A stretch of 64,000 nt of DNA from Octopus vulgaris. Lineage: Eukaryota. Of this stretch, positions 52,045 to 64,000 are shown piece by piece. Where the stretch lies: positions 12,772,001 through 12,836,000 of the forward strand of contig OX597840.1 in assembly GCA_951406725.2 (NCBI GenBank), given 5' to 3'. Position numbers and translations under genes: made by a program. Position 1 is the first letter of the stretch. Every line of letters begins with the position of its first letter. The notes under the pieces are model-generated. The model searched no databases. It was given only the letters and a program-made list of their open reading frames with translations, and was not told where the DNA came from.

Positions 52045-54947
52045 ATAACCTCTCACCTCTGCTACTATTTGGCATATACAGGTGCTTACATTTATCAAGT
52101 ATTCACCCTGAATTTATTGTACCTACCTGACCTACGTTGTCAATTGGATCAGATCCCATATAACCTCGACAACCTTTAGTACTTGATAAACATAAATATG
52201 ATACAAAGGATTAATACCAATTTCTCTCCCAAGAACATACCACTTCACACCGAAAATGCATATATGGCGACCCTTATCCATAGAACTACGGATTTCATTA
52301 GAAGGATTAGATGGGCTGCCTACCATTTTGACAACAAAGAAAAATGCAACTCTGATAGGAACCAGGACGAAATGATATACAGAAAAAGTTTTTAAAGTAG
52401 AAGAAACCCACCTCGAAATTACACTTTGGAAAATTTTAAGAAGGACTTAATCGACTTTATTAGCAGTATCAAATTTAAAAAGCATAGGACCATTTCAAAC
52501 ACTCTCTTGAATAGTTTAAAAGAGTTCATAAATTCACTTAGGAATGAGGACAGTCTAATTGTACCTGCTGATAAAATCGGCAATTGGTATAAATTAGATT
52601 ACAATAATTACAAATTACTAATCATGAAGGAATTACATAAAAAAATTCAAGATCGCATCTACTGAAAACCTAAAGAAAATTAACTTAAAAATAAAGGAAG
52701 AAATGACTAAACTGGATCTACTAGATAGGACTGAACCTCCCAAACCTCAGGAGCCATAAAAAAGGATTCCCAGAAAACAGGAGTAAGATTAATATGTCCA
52801 ACTAAATCAGATATAGGCAGACTTAGCAAAACTATTCTGGACACAGTGAATCCACGGATTAAACCCCATATTCCACTCAATTTATGGATTAATACCGATG
52901 ATGTTCTAGAATGCTTTAATTCCATTACTGACAGATGTAATCATTCTTTTATACAGTTCGCCATAGCAAATTACTATGCTAGCATCTCCCCTATATTACT
53001 GAATAAGTCCCTTATATATATATGCCTGTAGCCTTTCGCTCGTAGATAGAGAAAAAATTGATATTATACTCTTAGCTAGGAAGACAATAATCGAATTTGA
53101 TGGTAAACTTTGGACTAGATACGATACCCCTGATAGCATCGATGTGGCCATGGGCTCGAGCGATTCAGCTCAGGTAACTGACTTGGTCGGGGCCTACCTG
53201 ATTAAGAAGCTGTTCTCGGAGGTACCAGATCTTCAGGGGGGGTCTATATAGGGATGATGCACTTTTCATATACCCCACTAATAATAAGAGTAAACTAGAA
53301 AGAATTAGAAGAAAGATTAGGCAATTCTTTAAATCATTTAATCTAAAACTAGAGTTTATGACTAGTACTAAGATAGTTGATTTTTTAGACGTTACATTAG
53401 ATATAGACAAAGGCCTTCACTACCCCTATAGGAAACCGGAAGAAACCACTAGATATATTAACACATCATCCAATCGCCCGCCCTGTATAGTTGTTACCAC
53501 AGTCCAAGCAGACACTGACAGACTGAGTTATCATCAAACAATAATATCTTCAGTGATTACGCGCATCACTATAACCAAGCCCTCTCTAGCACTGGGCACC
53601 CCCAGAACATCCGTCATCAATAAAACTCCATCATATAAGCGAACTAAGGATTCCAGAACCAATCATTTAGATTTAAATCTAAAATTAAATGAAATTAGAC
53701 TAAATAGTTGCAATAAAAACGCAGATTCAACTAATATAAATTCAAATAGGACTAAGAAACAAACAGACAGAAATCGCACCAATAGAAATTTATTTAATGA
53801 AAACCCTACCGATAGGAGTATCACAGATAATATTAGAAGACACAAGAGTAAAAACGGTAGATTACGTAAATATATATGGTATAACATACCATATAATATA
53901 GCGGTTAAGGGTAAATTATGCAAAAAATATTTTCAATAATATCTATTAATTTTCCACCCACTCATAAATATAGTAATATCTTTTGAAATAAAACTATTAG
54001 GATATCATACTCAACTCTACCTAACATGAGCTGCCTCATAGCTAAACATAATAAAACTAAAATTAAAATAGCTAGTTTAAGAGTAAATAATAATGATCAA
54101 TCAAACCCCAACAGTCCAGGAGTTAACATTGGTAGTAACCAAACTAATAACTATAGCCAAGGCATTATCCCTATAGCTTTGATACCTAACCGCCAAGCTG
54201 ACAACTTAGAGATAACTGATAGTAGTTCCCTAAACAGTGAATTTAACGTTGATAATAACTATAGCTACATTAATAATAGTAACAGTAAATATAATAACAA
54301 TAATAATCTGGATAGCAATAGCAACATTGAAATAGCTAGTAATAGCACCCATTACAATAATGGAGATAATATTTTACCCAATAATTATATAACTAATCAA
54401 GATAATGCTACTACTACTATTAATGTGATAACTCAGCCCACAACGAACAATAATTGTGAATTTAATTTTACTAATTGTAATATCAATATAACTAGCAATA
54501 ATAGAGATGTATGTGATAGATTTAATATCAGTACTAGCAGTAGAAGAAATATAGGTAGGAAAAACTTAAATAGCACCAATAGAGATAACAATAACAATAG
54601 CGAAAACGTTATCTACCATACCTGACAGCAACCATACCGAAATTATCCGTCCGCGGATTAATAACAGACAGCCGGGAAATGGTAATTTCGGGTGCAATTG
54701 TCTGGATGCAACAGCTTGTCCCTTACGTGGAAATTTCTTAGCAAAAAACGTAGTTTATTCCTGTGAAGTAATTACTGAAACGAACACTCTTACATACATT
54801 GGGTGCTCATCCATCTGGAAATCTAGGTTCTATAACCACCGGTCGTCTTTTAGGCTCAAGCATAAGGCTAGTAGTACTTCTTTATTAAGTAAGATTTGGG
54901 AACTTAGGGACAAAAATATCGAATTTAACCTTAGATGGTCCATTATT
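52045..54947 (+). mobile_element. Penelope-like element (duplicate of 25019-28013, with extra 5' ORF and truncated 3' end)
   Basis: FSPKNIPLH...FIRRIRWAAYHF N-terminus, RT motifs, Asn-rich linker, GIY-YIG; cut off by the TIR element at 54948. Confidence 0.9.
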
Positions 54948-56301
54948 GGGATCTTTTCATTTTGAAGGCCAGATTTTCCTAGTTAACTAAACAATTTGAA
55001 ACTTCGTATACTGGTAGAATGTGTCAAAAGAAAACAAAATTGTAAACAAAATTGAAAACAAAATTGTAATTCGTAACTTTAACGTAGTTTAATTCTACGA
55101 ATTTTAACCAATGAAATCGCAGCATTCGAGCTCAAATTATTTACCTCTTCTTCTGTCTTCTACATGTGCTAGAAATAACAGCTATATCTCTTAAATCGAT
55201 TAATTTCGTCGCCCAATAAAAATATTAACGATATTTTTTGAATATTTTCTTTATTTTTTTTTACCGAAAAGGCTTCTCCCATGGTTTTGAAGGGCCAGAA
55301 ACAACAAAAACAAAACAATATTATGCCTAAATCGGTCTCGAGTTTGCGCGTGGAGTGTGAGTAGTATTGTAAAAATTTGCGAAATATTTTTTCATAAAAG
55401 GATGCCCCCAGCTTGTCGGAAGCTGTGATATAAATTGGGGAAAAAATCCTCGACACCAGTGCCTAATTGGTACTTAATTTATCGACCCCGAAACGATGAA
55501 ACATTGACCCCCCCCCTTCTGGTTTATTTACCTTTTGTGCAAATTTGTTGCGGCAAGTGGCAAAACACGAACGTGTAATGTATGCTTGTGTGCATATGTG
55601 TGTGTATGTATATGTCCGTTTGTATGTGTGTGTACGCTTATATATTAATTACTATGTGCTTGTGCAAATGTATATGCGTGTGTTTGAGAGAGAGAGAGAG
55701 AGTGTGTGTGTGTCGTTTATATGTGTGTGTACGCTTATATATTAATTACTATGTGCTTGTGCAAATGTATATGCATGTGTTTGAGAGAGAGAGAGAGTGT
55801 GTGTGTGTGTGTGTGTGTATGTGTGTGTGTCGTTTGTATGTGTGTGTACGCTTATATATTAATTACTATGTGCTTGTGCAAAATGTATATGCATGTGTTT
55901 GAGAGAGAGAGAGAGTGTGTGTGTGTGTGTGTCGTTTGCATGTGTGTGTACGCTTATATATTAATTACTATGTGCTTGTGCAAATGTATATGCATGTGTT
56001 TGAGAGAGAGAGAGAGAGAGAGAGAGTGTGTGTGTGTTTGTGTGTGTGTCGTGCGTCTGCTATATTTCTTTATCAATATCGATAACGCAGCAATGCTGGG
56101 ATTTCATTGGTTAAAATTCGAAGATGTTGGGATTTCATTGGTTAAAATTCTTAAAATTAAACTACGTTTAAGTTACGAATTACAATTTTGTTTTCAATTT
56201 TGTTTACAATAATGTTTTCTTTTGACACATTCTACCAGTATACGAAGTTTCAAATTGTTTAATTAACTAGGAAAATCTGGCCTTTAAAATGAAAAGATCC
56301 C
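54948..56301. mobile_element. Non-autonomous DNA transposon with ~170-bp TIRs (GGG...CCC, Mutator-like) and an internal ~105-bp tandem repeat
   Basis: GGGATCTTTTCATTTTGAAGGCCAGATTTTCCTAG... vs ...CTAGGAAAATCTGGCCTTTAAAATGAAAAGATCCC; four units at ~55612-56050; no TSD seen. Confidence 0.75.
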
Positions 56302-56742
56302 ATGTATGTGTGTATATGTACGTATATATATATATATATATATGTATGTACGTATGTATATATTATATATGTATGTATGTAATGTTATATTTCTATACAT
56401 ACATACATACATACATATATTTACACTACATATACATATAGCTCCACATAGCTTTTCAGAACTGGTCAAACTGAAACTACAGTAATAACGAAGCAGTCAC
56501 AAGATTTGAACCCGCTTTCATCCTATTGAAGCGTTAATAGTGAATCAAGTGGAGCATAACGACCTCTCATCGAATCACACATTGGTACAGTCGAGAAACC
56601 ACGTTTCCATTAATATTTATTTCGTTTTCCTTCACACAACCAACAGATCATCCTGTGTATAAACACTTTAGTAGTAATTAGTTTATGGCTGGTTAATTAA
56701 AACTCACAAAAAGAACTTTAGTTATGATCAATGTCTTCATTT

Positions 56743-57610
56743 AAGAAGAAAAGAGGAAGAAGGAAGGAGGAAGTAGAGGAGGAGTAAGGAGGAGAGGGAA
56801 AGGAGGAGGAGGAGTATGGAGGCGGAGGGGAGGGGAAGTGGAGGAGAAAAGAAGAAGAGGAGGAGAAGAAGAAGAAAAGAAGAAGGAAGAGGGAAGTAGA
56901 GGGAGAGTAAGGACGAGGAGGGGAGGGGAAGTGGAAGAGAAAGGAAGAGGAGGTGGAGGAGGAGGAAGGAAGGAAGAAGGAAGGAGGAAGTAGAGGAGGA
57001 GAAGAAGAAGAAGACAAGAAGAAGAAGAAGAAGAAGAAGAAGGAGAAGAAGAAGACAAGAAGAAGACAAAGAAGAAGAAAAAGAAGAAGAAGAAGGAGAA
57101 GAAGGAGAAGAAGAAGAAGAAGAAGAAGAAGAAGAAGAAGAAGAAGACAAGAAGAAGAAGAAGGAGGAGGAGGAGAAGAAGAAGAAGAAAAGAAGAAGAA
57201 GAAAAGAAGAAGAAGACGAAGAAGAAGAAAAGAAGAAACTTCATTACTAAGTTTTTCTGGTTTCCTTGTATCTACCCAGCCACCCAATTTAATCCTGTCT
57301 CTCATTACTCTCATATTCAGAGGAGGAGGAGAAGGAGGTGAAGGAAGTAGAATAGGAGGAGGAAGGGGATGAAGGGGAATAGGGATGGAAGAGGAGGAAG
57401 AAGGGGAGGTGAGGTGAGGTGAGGTAGAAGAAAAAGAAGGGGATGAGGTGGTGGTGGAGGAGGAGGAAGAGGTGATTGAAGGGGAGGAGGTGGTTGAAGA
57501 GGAGGCAGAGGTGGTAGAAGAGGAGTAGGAGGAAGAAGAAGAGGTGTAGGAGGAAGAGGAATGAGAAGAAGAAGAAGAAGAAGAAGAAGAAGAGGAGGAA
57601 GGAGGAGGAG
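56743..57610. repeat. Polypurine (GAA)n/(GGA)n low-complexity tract
   Basis: Directly visible; two purine blocks separated by ~80 bp. Confidence 0.95.
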
Positions 57611-57779
57611 CCATGACCATACTGTCTATAGCTCAAACATTCTGCACCTTGAGTAACTGCACCATTTTTTGTCTGTTTCTGATATTTCTGTGCTTTTGAG
57701 CTCTAAATGTCCAAATGAGATGCTCACTCAAGACAAATACCACTGTATCACAGTGTTCTTACAATACATTCTTGTTCAG

Positions 57780-58460
57780 TAAAATATGAAGATTGAGGCA
57801 AATTGTATGATACCTATGTACAGACAGCTATGTTACATGGCAGTGAAACATGGGCTTTGACTACAGAGGACTTGCAAAGGCTTGAAAGCAATAAAGCTAA
57901 CATGCTCCACTGAATAAGTAATGACAATGTGCATGCATGACAGAATGACAGAGTATAAATGATTTAAGAGGAAAACTGGACATAAGAGGCATCAGCTGTT
58001 GTGTGCAAGAGAGAAGACTGCGCTGGGTTTGGTCATGGGATGCATAGGAATGAGAACAGCTGCATAAAGAAGTACTGAGTTCTGAATGTGGACAGTACCT
58101 GTGGAAGGGGTAGATCCATGAAGACGTGTGACAAAGTGGGGAGAAAGGTTCTTCAGACACTAAGCTTCACTGAGGAAACGACAAGGGACTGGGAGATGCG
58201 GGGATTTGCTGTACCCTAACCCATCAAGCTAAATAAAAGCGCTGTCTTCCACATACACAGGCTTCTCCTTTCAGGTGCCGGTGCCAGTGCTGCATTAAAA
58301 GGCACTCAAAACACTCTGTAAAATGGTTGGTGTTAGGAAGGGCATCCAGCCATAGAAACCATGTCACAACAGACAGTTGGACTCTGGCCAGCTCCATGCC
58401 AAACACTCCAACCCATGACAACATGGAAAGCAAACAATGACCGATGACAACCATGATAAT
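57780..58460 (+). mobile_element. Old RTE-clade LINE 3' remnant
   Basis: gagagaagactgcgctgggtttggtcatg (RRLRW.GH-like), later GTTAGGAAGGGCATCCAGCC and the decayed tail. Confidence 0.65.
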
Positions 58461-58464
58461 TATG

Positions 58465-59243
58465 TCTTTATTACCCACAGGGGGCTAAACATAGAGGAGA
58501 CAAACAAGGACAGACATATGGATTAAGTCGATTATATCAACCCCAGGGCATAACTGGTACTTAATTTATCAACACCCCGAAAGGATGAAAAGCAAGGTCG
58601 ACCTTGGCGGAATTTGAACTCAGAACATAACGGCAGACGAAGTACCTGTTTCTTTAATACCCACAAGGGGCTAAACATAGAGGAGACAAACAAGGACAGA
58701 CATAGGGATTAAGTCGATTATATCGACCCCAGTGCATAACTGGTACTTAATTTATCGACCTTGAAAGGATGAAAGGCAAAGTCGACCTCGGTGGAATTTG
58801 AACTCAGAACGTAACGGCAGATGAAATACCGCTAAGCATTTCACCAGGCATGCTAATGATTCTTATTTCTTTACTGCCCACAAGGGGCTACACACAGAGG
58901 AGACAAACAAGGACAGACAAACGGATTAAGTCGATTATATCGACCCCAGTGCATAACTGGTACTTATTTAATTGAACCCGAAAGGATGAAAGGCAAAGTT
59001 GACCTCAGTGGAATTTGAACTCAGAACATAACAGTAGACGAAGTACCTGTTTCTTTATTACCCACAAGGGGCTAAACATAGAGGGGATAAACAAGGACAG
59101 ACAAACGGATTAAGTCGATTACATCGATCCTAGTGTGTAACTGGTACTTAATTTATCGACCCTGAAAGGATGAAAGGCAAAGTTGACCTCAGAATTTGAA
59201 CTCAGAACATAATGGCAGACGAAATACCGCTAGGCATTTCGCT
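58465..59243 (-). mobile_element. Four head-to-tail SINE family 1 copies
   Basis: Units start ~58465, 58648, 58864, 59049. Confidence 0.85.
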
Positions 59244-59412
59244 TGTATATTTATATATACACATATGTGTGTGTATATATATATGTATATATATATGTGT
59301 ATATATATATATAAATGTATATATATATATATGTATGCATATATATATATGTATGTATATTTATATATGTGTGTATATATGTGTGTGTATATATATGTTT
59401 ATATATGTATGC

Positions 59413-59447
<35 letters not shown>

Positions 59448-59880
59448 TGTATGTATGGGTGTGTGTGTGTATATATACACACACATATGTATGATATATG
59501 AATGTCTATATGTATTGTTGTAATGGTATGGCACCTGGTATTTCTGACCATATGAAAGATGAGATAATGATAATCCCAGAATGGATTGATTTAATCCTTC
59601 TTTTCTGCATATTTCTGTTGAAATAAATGCCTTTGTTTCAATTAATAGTGAAAATAATAAAGAATTCAGTGAAATAACTTGGTCATAATTAAGTTGGCAT
59701 TTGGAACATGAAGCAATCTAAAATATTAATGGAAGAGTTAACTTTGAATCACTTTGAAAGAAAAAGGTTGTCTTGTAGGAAGATGGTAAGCTGGCAGAAT
59801 TGTTAGCACACAGGCCAAAATATATTTAATAGTATAGCATTAAGTTTTACATTCTGAGTTCAAATTCCACTGAAGTTGGC

Positions 59881-60286
59881 TTTACTCTCTCTTTTACTTG
59901 CTTCAGTCATTTGACTGTGGCCATGCTGGAGCACCGCCTTTAATCAAGCAACTCGACCCCGGGACTTATTCTTTGTAAGCCCAGTACTCATTCTATCAGT
60001 CTCTTTTGCCGAACCGCTAAGTGATGGGGACATAACCACACCAGCATCGGTTGTCAAGCAATGCTAGGGGGACAAACACAGACACACACATATACATACA
60101 TATATATATATATACATATATACGACGGGCTTCTTTCATTTTCCGTCTACCAAATCCACTCACAAGGCTTTGGTCGGCCTGAGGCTATAGTAGAAGACAC
60201 TTGCCCAAGGTGCCACGCAGTGGGACTGAACCCGGAACCATGTGGTTGGTAAACAAGCTACTTACCACATAGCCACTCCTGCGCCT
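59881..60286 (-). mobile_element. Full-length SINE family 2
   Basis: Head GGCGCAGGAGTGGCTATGTGGTAAG at 60286, tail at 59881. Confidence 0.88.
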
Positions 60287-60412
60287 ATGCTTCACCTTTT
60301 TGGAGTTGATGAAGTAAATACCAATTGTGCACGGGGTGGAGGCGATATAATTGACTAGGCCCCTCCCTTATAACATTTCAGGTCTGATGCCTAAAGTTGA
60401 AAGAAAAACAAA

Positions 60413-60662
60413 ATTATTATTATTTTATTGTGTTTGCACAGCTTCTAATGCTGGAGATGTACTACGATGCCAGCTGTTCACTACCAGTGGACTAAGATAA
60501 CACCCCTTATTTTTTGAGCACCCTCCAGAGAATTTGAACAGTTCCAAGCAGTGCTGTTTTCTGCAAGTGCTCCACCCTTATTGCAGCCCCTATTTGTTCC
60601 ATGTACTTCTCAAGATTTTTACTCACTGTTCCCAGGGCTCCGTCAATTATTGGTACTACTGC
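60413..60662 (-). mobile_element. R4/Dong-type (restriction-like endonuclease) LINE 3' end
   Basis: VVPIIDGALGTVSKNLEKYMEQIGAAIRVEHLQKTALLGTVQILWRVLKK* followed by a short UTR and a (TAA)-like tail. Confidence 0.7.
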
Positions 60663-60734
60663 TTATATTTTCTTTCTTTTAATTTCGTTATTGTTTTAGG
60701 CAGTGAGGTGGCAGAATCCTTAACATCCTTAAAA

Positions 60735-60978
60735 GGCAGCGAGCTGGCAGAAACATTAGCACGCTGGGTGAAATGCTTAGCAATATTTTGTCTGCCGCTA
60801 CATTGTGAGTTCAAATTCCACCAAGGTCGACTTTGCCTTTCATCCTTTGATGCTTTTGGGGTCGATAAATTAAGTACCAGTTATGCACTGGGGTCAATGT
60901 AATCGGCTCAATCCGTTTTTGTCTGTCCTTGTTTGTCCCCTCTATGTTTAGCCCCTTGTGGGCAATAAAGAAATAAGA
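60735..60978 (+). mobile_element. Full-length SINE family 1
   Basis: GGCAGCGAGCTGGCAGAAACATTAGCAC...GAGTTCAAATTC...TAAAGAAATAAG; possible TSD gaatccttaacat on both sides. Confidence 0.85.
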
Positions 60979-60989
60979 ATCCTTAACAT

Positions 60990-61960
60990 TCTGAACATGA
61001 TGATACCTATGTCTCTATCACTAATTTAAGTGAAGCCCCTAGCAAAGGAAAATGATTTGATCAGCAACGCTTTCGATATAGACAAGTAAAAGTCAATAAT
61101 GTCGAATTGTGTAAACCATGCTCTGCCCTTCTCATGGTTGGCATTAAACCATGAAATTACCTCGTTGGTGCTCTACTAGAATGAGAGGTTGGAGGTTCCC
61201 CTTATGTTGACATTGATCTTCTTTAGTATACATTTGCTCAACAGACCAATCTTGGATTTGGCCAGGTTGATCAGGTGAACATCATTGGCAACAAAAGCAG
61301 CAACACCAGTAGTATGGCCAGAGATGGCTACTGCAACGACAATAACTATAGCAATGTCACCAGACACACATCCCATAATAACAGTACCAATGACAGCTTC
61401 AGTAACAGCAGTGGCAGCAACAGCCCCCAGGCCTGGAGCCAACAGAAGATGAACACTACCAGCATGCAAGTTTGGAGGTATATCAGGTTAGCTGGAACTG
61501 CCTTTAAGCAGCACCTATACCACCACAGGTACTCATTCAGGATTCCAGAAAGATGGTACATCACATCCCAGGTTAACCATGTATGGTACCTTAAAGATGA
61601 AGGTACTCCACATGAAATTAAATGGAAGATTATAGAGCAACCAGGGCCTTACATAAATGGGAGCAGACAATGCAGGCTTTGCATAGCAGAGGGAGCAAAG
61701 ATCCTTAAAGACTCCCTGGACCCAGATCTATTTCAAACTCTAAACATGAGATTTATAGACCCTGCCCCCAATTCAAATGCTACCTGCTGCAGGCATGGGG
61801 TTCCCCATTCATTGATTAGAGTCAAAAAGAATCCTTGCGGACTGGAAACAGCCTAAAGGCAGAGATTACCTGTTTGGCACTTAAGTTCATAAGGTTTGCC
61901 AACTGAACTGATTTAAGGAAGATAACTCATCCTACCTAAGCCTCAAACAGTATTTTATTC
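60990..61960. mobile_element. Penelope-like remnant: RT N-part on minus (~60990-61280), GIY-YIG on plus (~61480-61800)
   Basis: Minus: HLINLAKSKIGLLSKCILKKIN...FTQFDIIDFYLSIS; plus: YIRLAGTAFKQHLYHHRYSF...WYLKDEG...WKII...CRLCIAE. Confidence 0.75.
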
Positions 61961-62361
61961 TTTGTTTACAAATCAACTGTCTTTATTATTGTGACTTAGT
62001 AGTTTGGCAAAAGAAACCGATAGAATGATTACCATGCTTTTAAAAAATAAGTACTGGGTTTGATACATTCAACTAAAATTTCTTTTAGACAGTGCTCCAG
62101 CATGGTCGCAGTCTAATGGCTGAAACTTGTAAAGGAAAAAAATAGAAAAATATTTATATTGTGGGGAGAAAACACAGACACAAAGAAACACACATGTAAC
62201 ACCACATACACACACATACACACAAATACATTTTACATCGACTTATAGCAATGTCAGATCTGTCCATTATATTTGATAAGTGGCTGAGTGCTCCTCAGTC
62301 ATGTGTACCATTAATGTAAGCCGCTAGGTTATGGGGACGTAAACACACCAGCATCAGTTGT

Positions 62362-63233
62362 CATAGTATCACCCAAGTTGTCCCTGACTGTGAAGCTTTA
62401 ATTACACGAAATACTGCAATCCATCAGGACCTTGCTGGTCTCAACTTGACTTTATGAGGATCTTGATGGAACGTGGCTATTGCTTTGACGCAGCTTCTCA
62501 GAGGGAAATTGTCCGTGACATCAAAGAAAAGTGCTGCTATGTTGCTCTAGACCAGTGGTTTTCAACCAGGGTTCCGCGGAACCTTAGGGTTCCGCCAATA
62601 CAGTCCGGGGGTTCCACAAAAAGTTACAAAACTGCTAAAATCGGCAGTAATTTTTAATTCTCCTGTGCAGATATGTGTGCATAAGACTATTAAATTATTG
62701 CACAGGGGTTCCTCGAGCCAGTGCAATGTTTCCTTGGGGTTCCGCTCCAGCAAAAAGGTTAAAAAGCATTGCTCTAGACTTTGAACAGCAAATGGAGACA
62801 ACAGCCTCTTCTTCATCTTTGGAAATGAGTTATGAACTACCTGATGGACAATTCATTACCATTGGAAATGAACGATTCCGAGTCCCAGAACCTATGCTCA
62901 AGCCAAGTTTACTTGGAATGGAATATGATGGTCTTCATAAAACAACATATAACTCAATCATGAAAATGTGATGAGGAACTCCGAAAAGGTCTTTTCGCCA
63001 ACATCGTGTTGTCCGGGTATTCAACAATGTTTCCAGGTTTTGTTGAGCATATGAAAAAGGAAATCAGTGCCTTGGCACCACCTGACACAGAGGTTAATGT
63101 CATTGCTCTACCAGAACGTGAATACTCTCGATAGATTGGTGGTTCTAGTTTGGTTTCTGAGCTTTCCTTCAAAGGTATGAAGTCTAAAAGAAAATGTTAC
63201 GAATCTAGTTCATTCATCCATTGTACAAAATGA
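62362..63233 (+). pseudogene. Actin-like pseudogene C (5' truncated, frameshifts, nonsense codon, hAT insertion)
   Basis: SITQVVP...[16 protein letters not shown]...[17 protein letters not shown]|FEQQM...[21 protein letters not shown]...[20 protein letters not shown](+1 A)CDEELRK...PEREYSR*(63132)IGGS. Confidence 0.92.
62553..62771. mobile_element. hAT (Charlie/Buster-type) MITE, 219 bp
   Basis: TIRs CAGTGGTTTTCAACC / GGTTAAAAAGCATTG; perfect 8-bp TSD CTCTAGAC (62545-62552, 62772-62779); empty site in gene B. Confidence 0.92.
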
Positions 63234-63254
63234 GTGTAATATGTTAAATATATG

Positions 63255-63405
63255 TCATTATTTACATTATTTACATTATTTACATTCGACGGATATTTGT
63301 CCTCATCTTGTTTGTTGTTGACACATTTCAGCTGATATACCCTCCAGCCTTCTTCAGGTGTCTTGGGGAAATTTCAAACCTGGGTTCTCATTCCTAAGGT
63401 ATTTT
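63255..63405 (-). mobile_element. Penelope-type terminal repeat remnant with a decayed hammerhead (63321-63361)
   Basis: ACAC-CTGAAGA-aGGCTG(10 nt)CAGCT-GAAA-t-GTGT; stem III and the cleavage triplet are missing. Confidence 0.45.
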
Positions 63406-64000
63406 TTGATGTTGTTGTTGTTGTTGTTGTTGTTGTTTTGTTGTTGTTGTTGTTGTTATTATTATTATTATATGCCCATTGGCATATGGCGTAGTGGTTA
63501 AAAGCGTGGGCTAATAAGGCCAAAATTCCAAGTTAAATTCCAGGAAGTGACCAGAATAATAATAATAATAATGATAATGATAGGTTCAATTTTGCTGTAA
63601 GTACCTTGAACACATAATATCTATTATAGTTCCTGGCAAATAATAATCTTGTGAAAGTATTTGATAAATTAAAACTAGTAAGGTCTTCTTATATGTGTAC
63701 ACACACTCACACACACAGATGTATATATACACACACAATCACACATACATACATACGTATATATATAATGTGATAAATAAAAATATATGCATACATACAA
63801 ACATATATGTACATACCTACATCTACATGTATATATACATGCATATATAAATAATTATACGTGAGTACAGGACACCGCAATAAGACGTAGAAACGGGAAA
63901 AACAAAAAAAAAAACAAAAAACAAGAAAACGAAAAAACAAGAAAACGAAAAAAACAGTTACAGGACGTGCTCACAGGAAAAAAACCCCGTCATCAGCTGT

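Noticed and set aside
56718-57636. Ser-, Leu- or Arg/Glu-rich ORFs up to 300 aa
   Set aside because: By-products of GAA/GGA repeats, open in many frames, with no domain or splice support.
63981-64000. CTGATGA motifs (here on minus; also 51592)
   Set aside because: No matching stem II plus GAAA found; cannot call a ribozyme.

Overview
AT-rich, repeat-dense animal genomic DNA. The tRNA-derived SINEs, RTE-type 3' ends and abundant (TA)n/(CA)n/(TACA)n tracts are typical of a coleoid cephalopod, most likely Octopus. The only host genes found form a small cluster of highly divergent actin-like genes. Two minus-strand paralogues (A: exon 1 23646-23759, exon 2 starting at 51 and running off the window; B: exon 1 49921-50034, exon 2 32478-33479 with one nonsense codon) lie in a recent tandem segmental duplication with a 26-33 kb offset. 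A third, plus-strand pseudogene (C, 62362-63233) is broken by a hAT MITE. A and B each have one phase-0 intron at the classical actin codon 41/42 position, inflated to 23.6 and 16.4 kb by a 22-bp satellite and many transposons. Top signal: A and B are almost identical in flanks and introns, yet 10 of 13 residues differ in the actin D-loop on both sides of the giant intron, with no synonymous-only codon change in 55 comparable codons. Second signal: intron A holds a 490-bp tandem/fold-back unit with three apparently intact type I hammerhead ribozymes (retrozyme or Penelope pLTR-like). The rest is Penelope-like, CR1-, RTE- and R4-type LINE remnants, SINEs, Helitrons, a maT-type Tc1/mariner, a long-TIR element and simple repeats. 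All alignments and counts were done by eye; most repeat boundaries are approximate.
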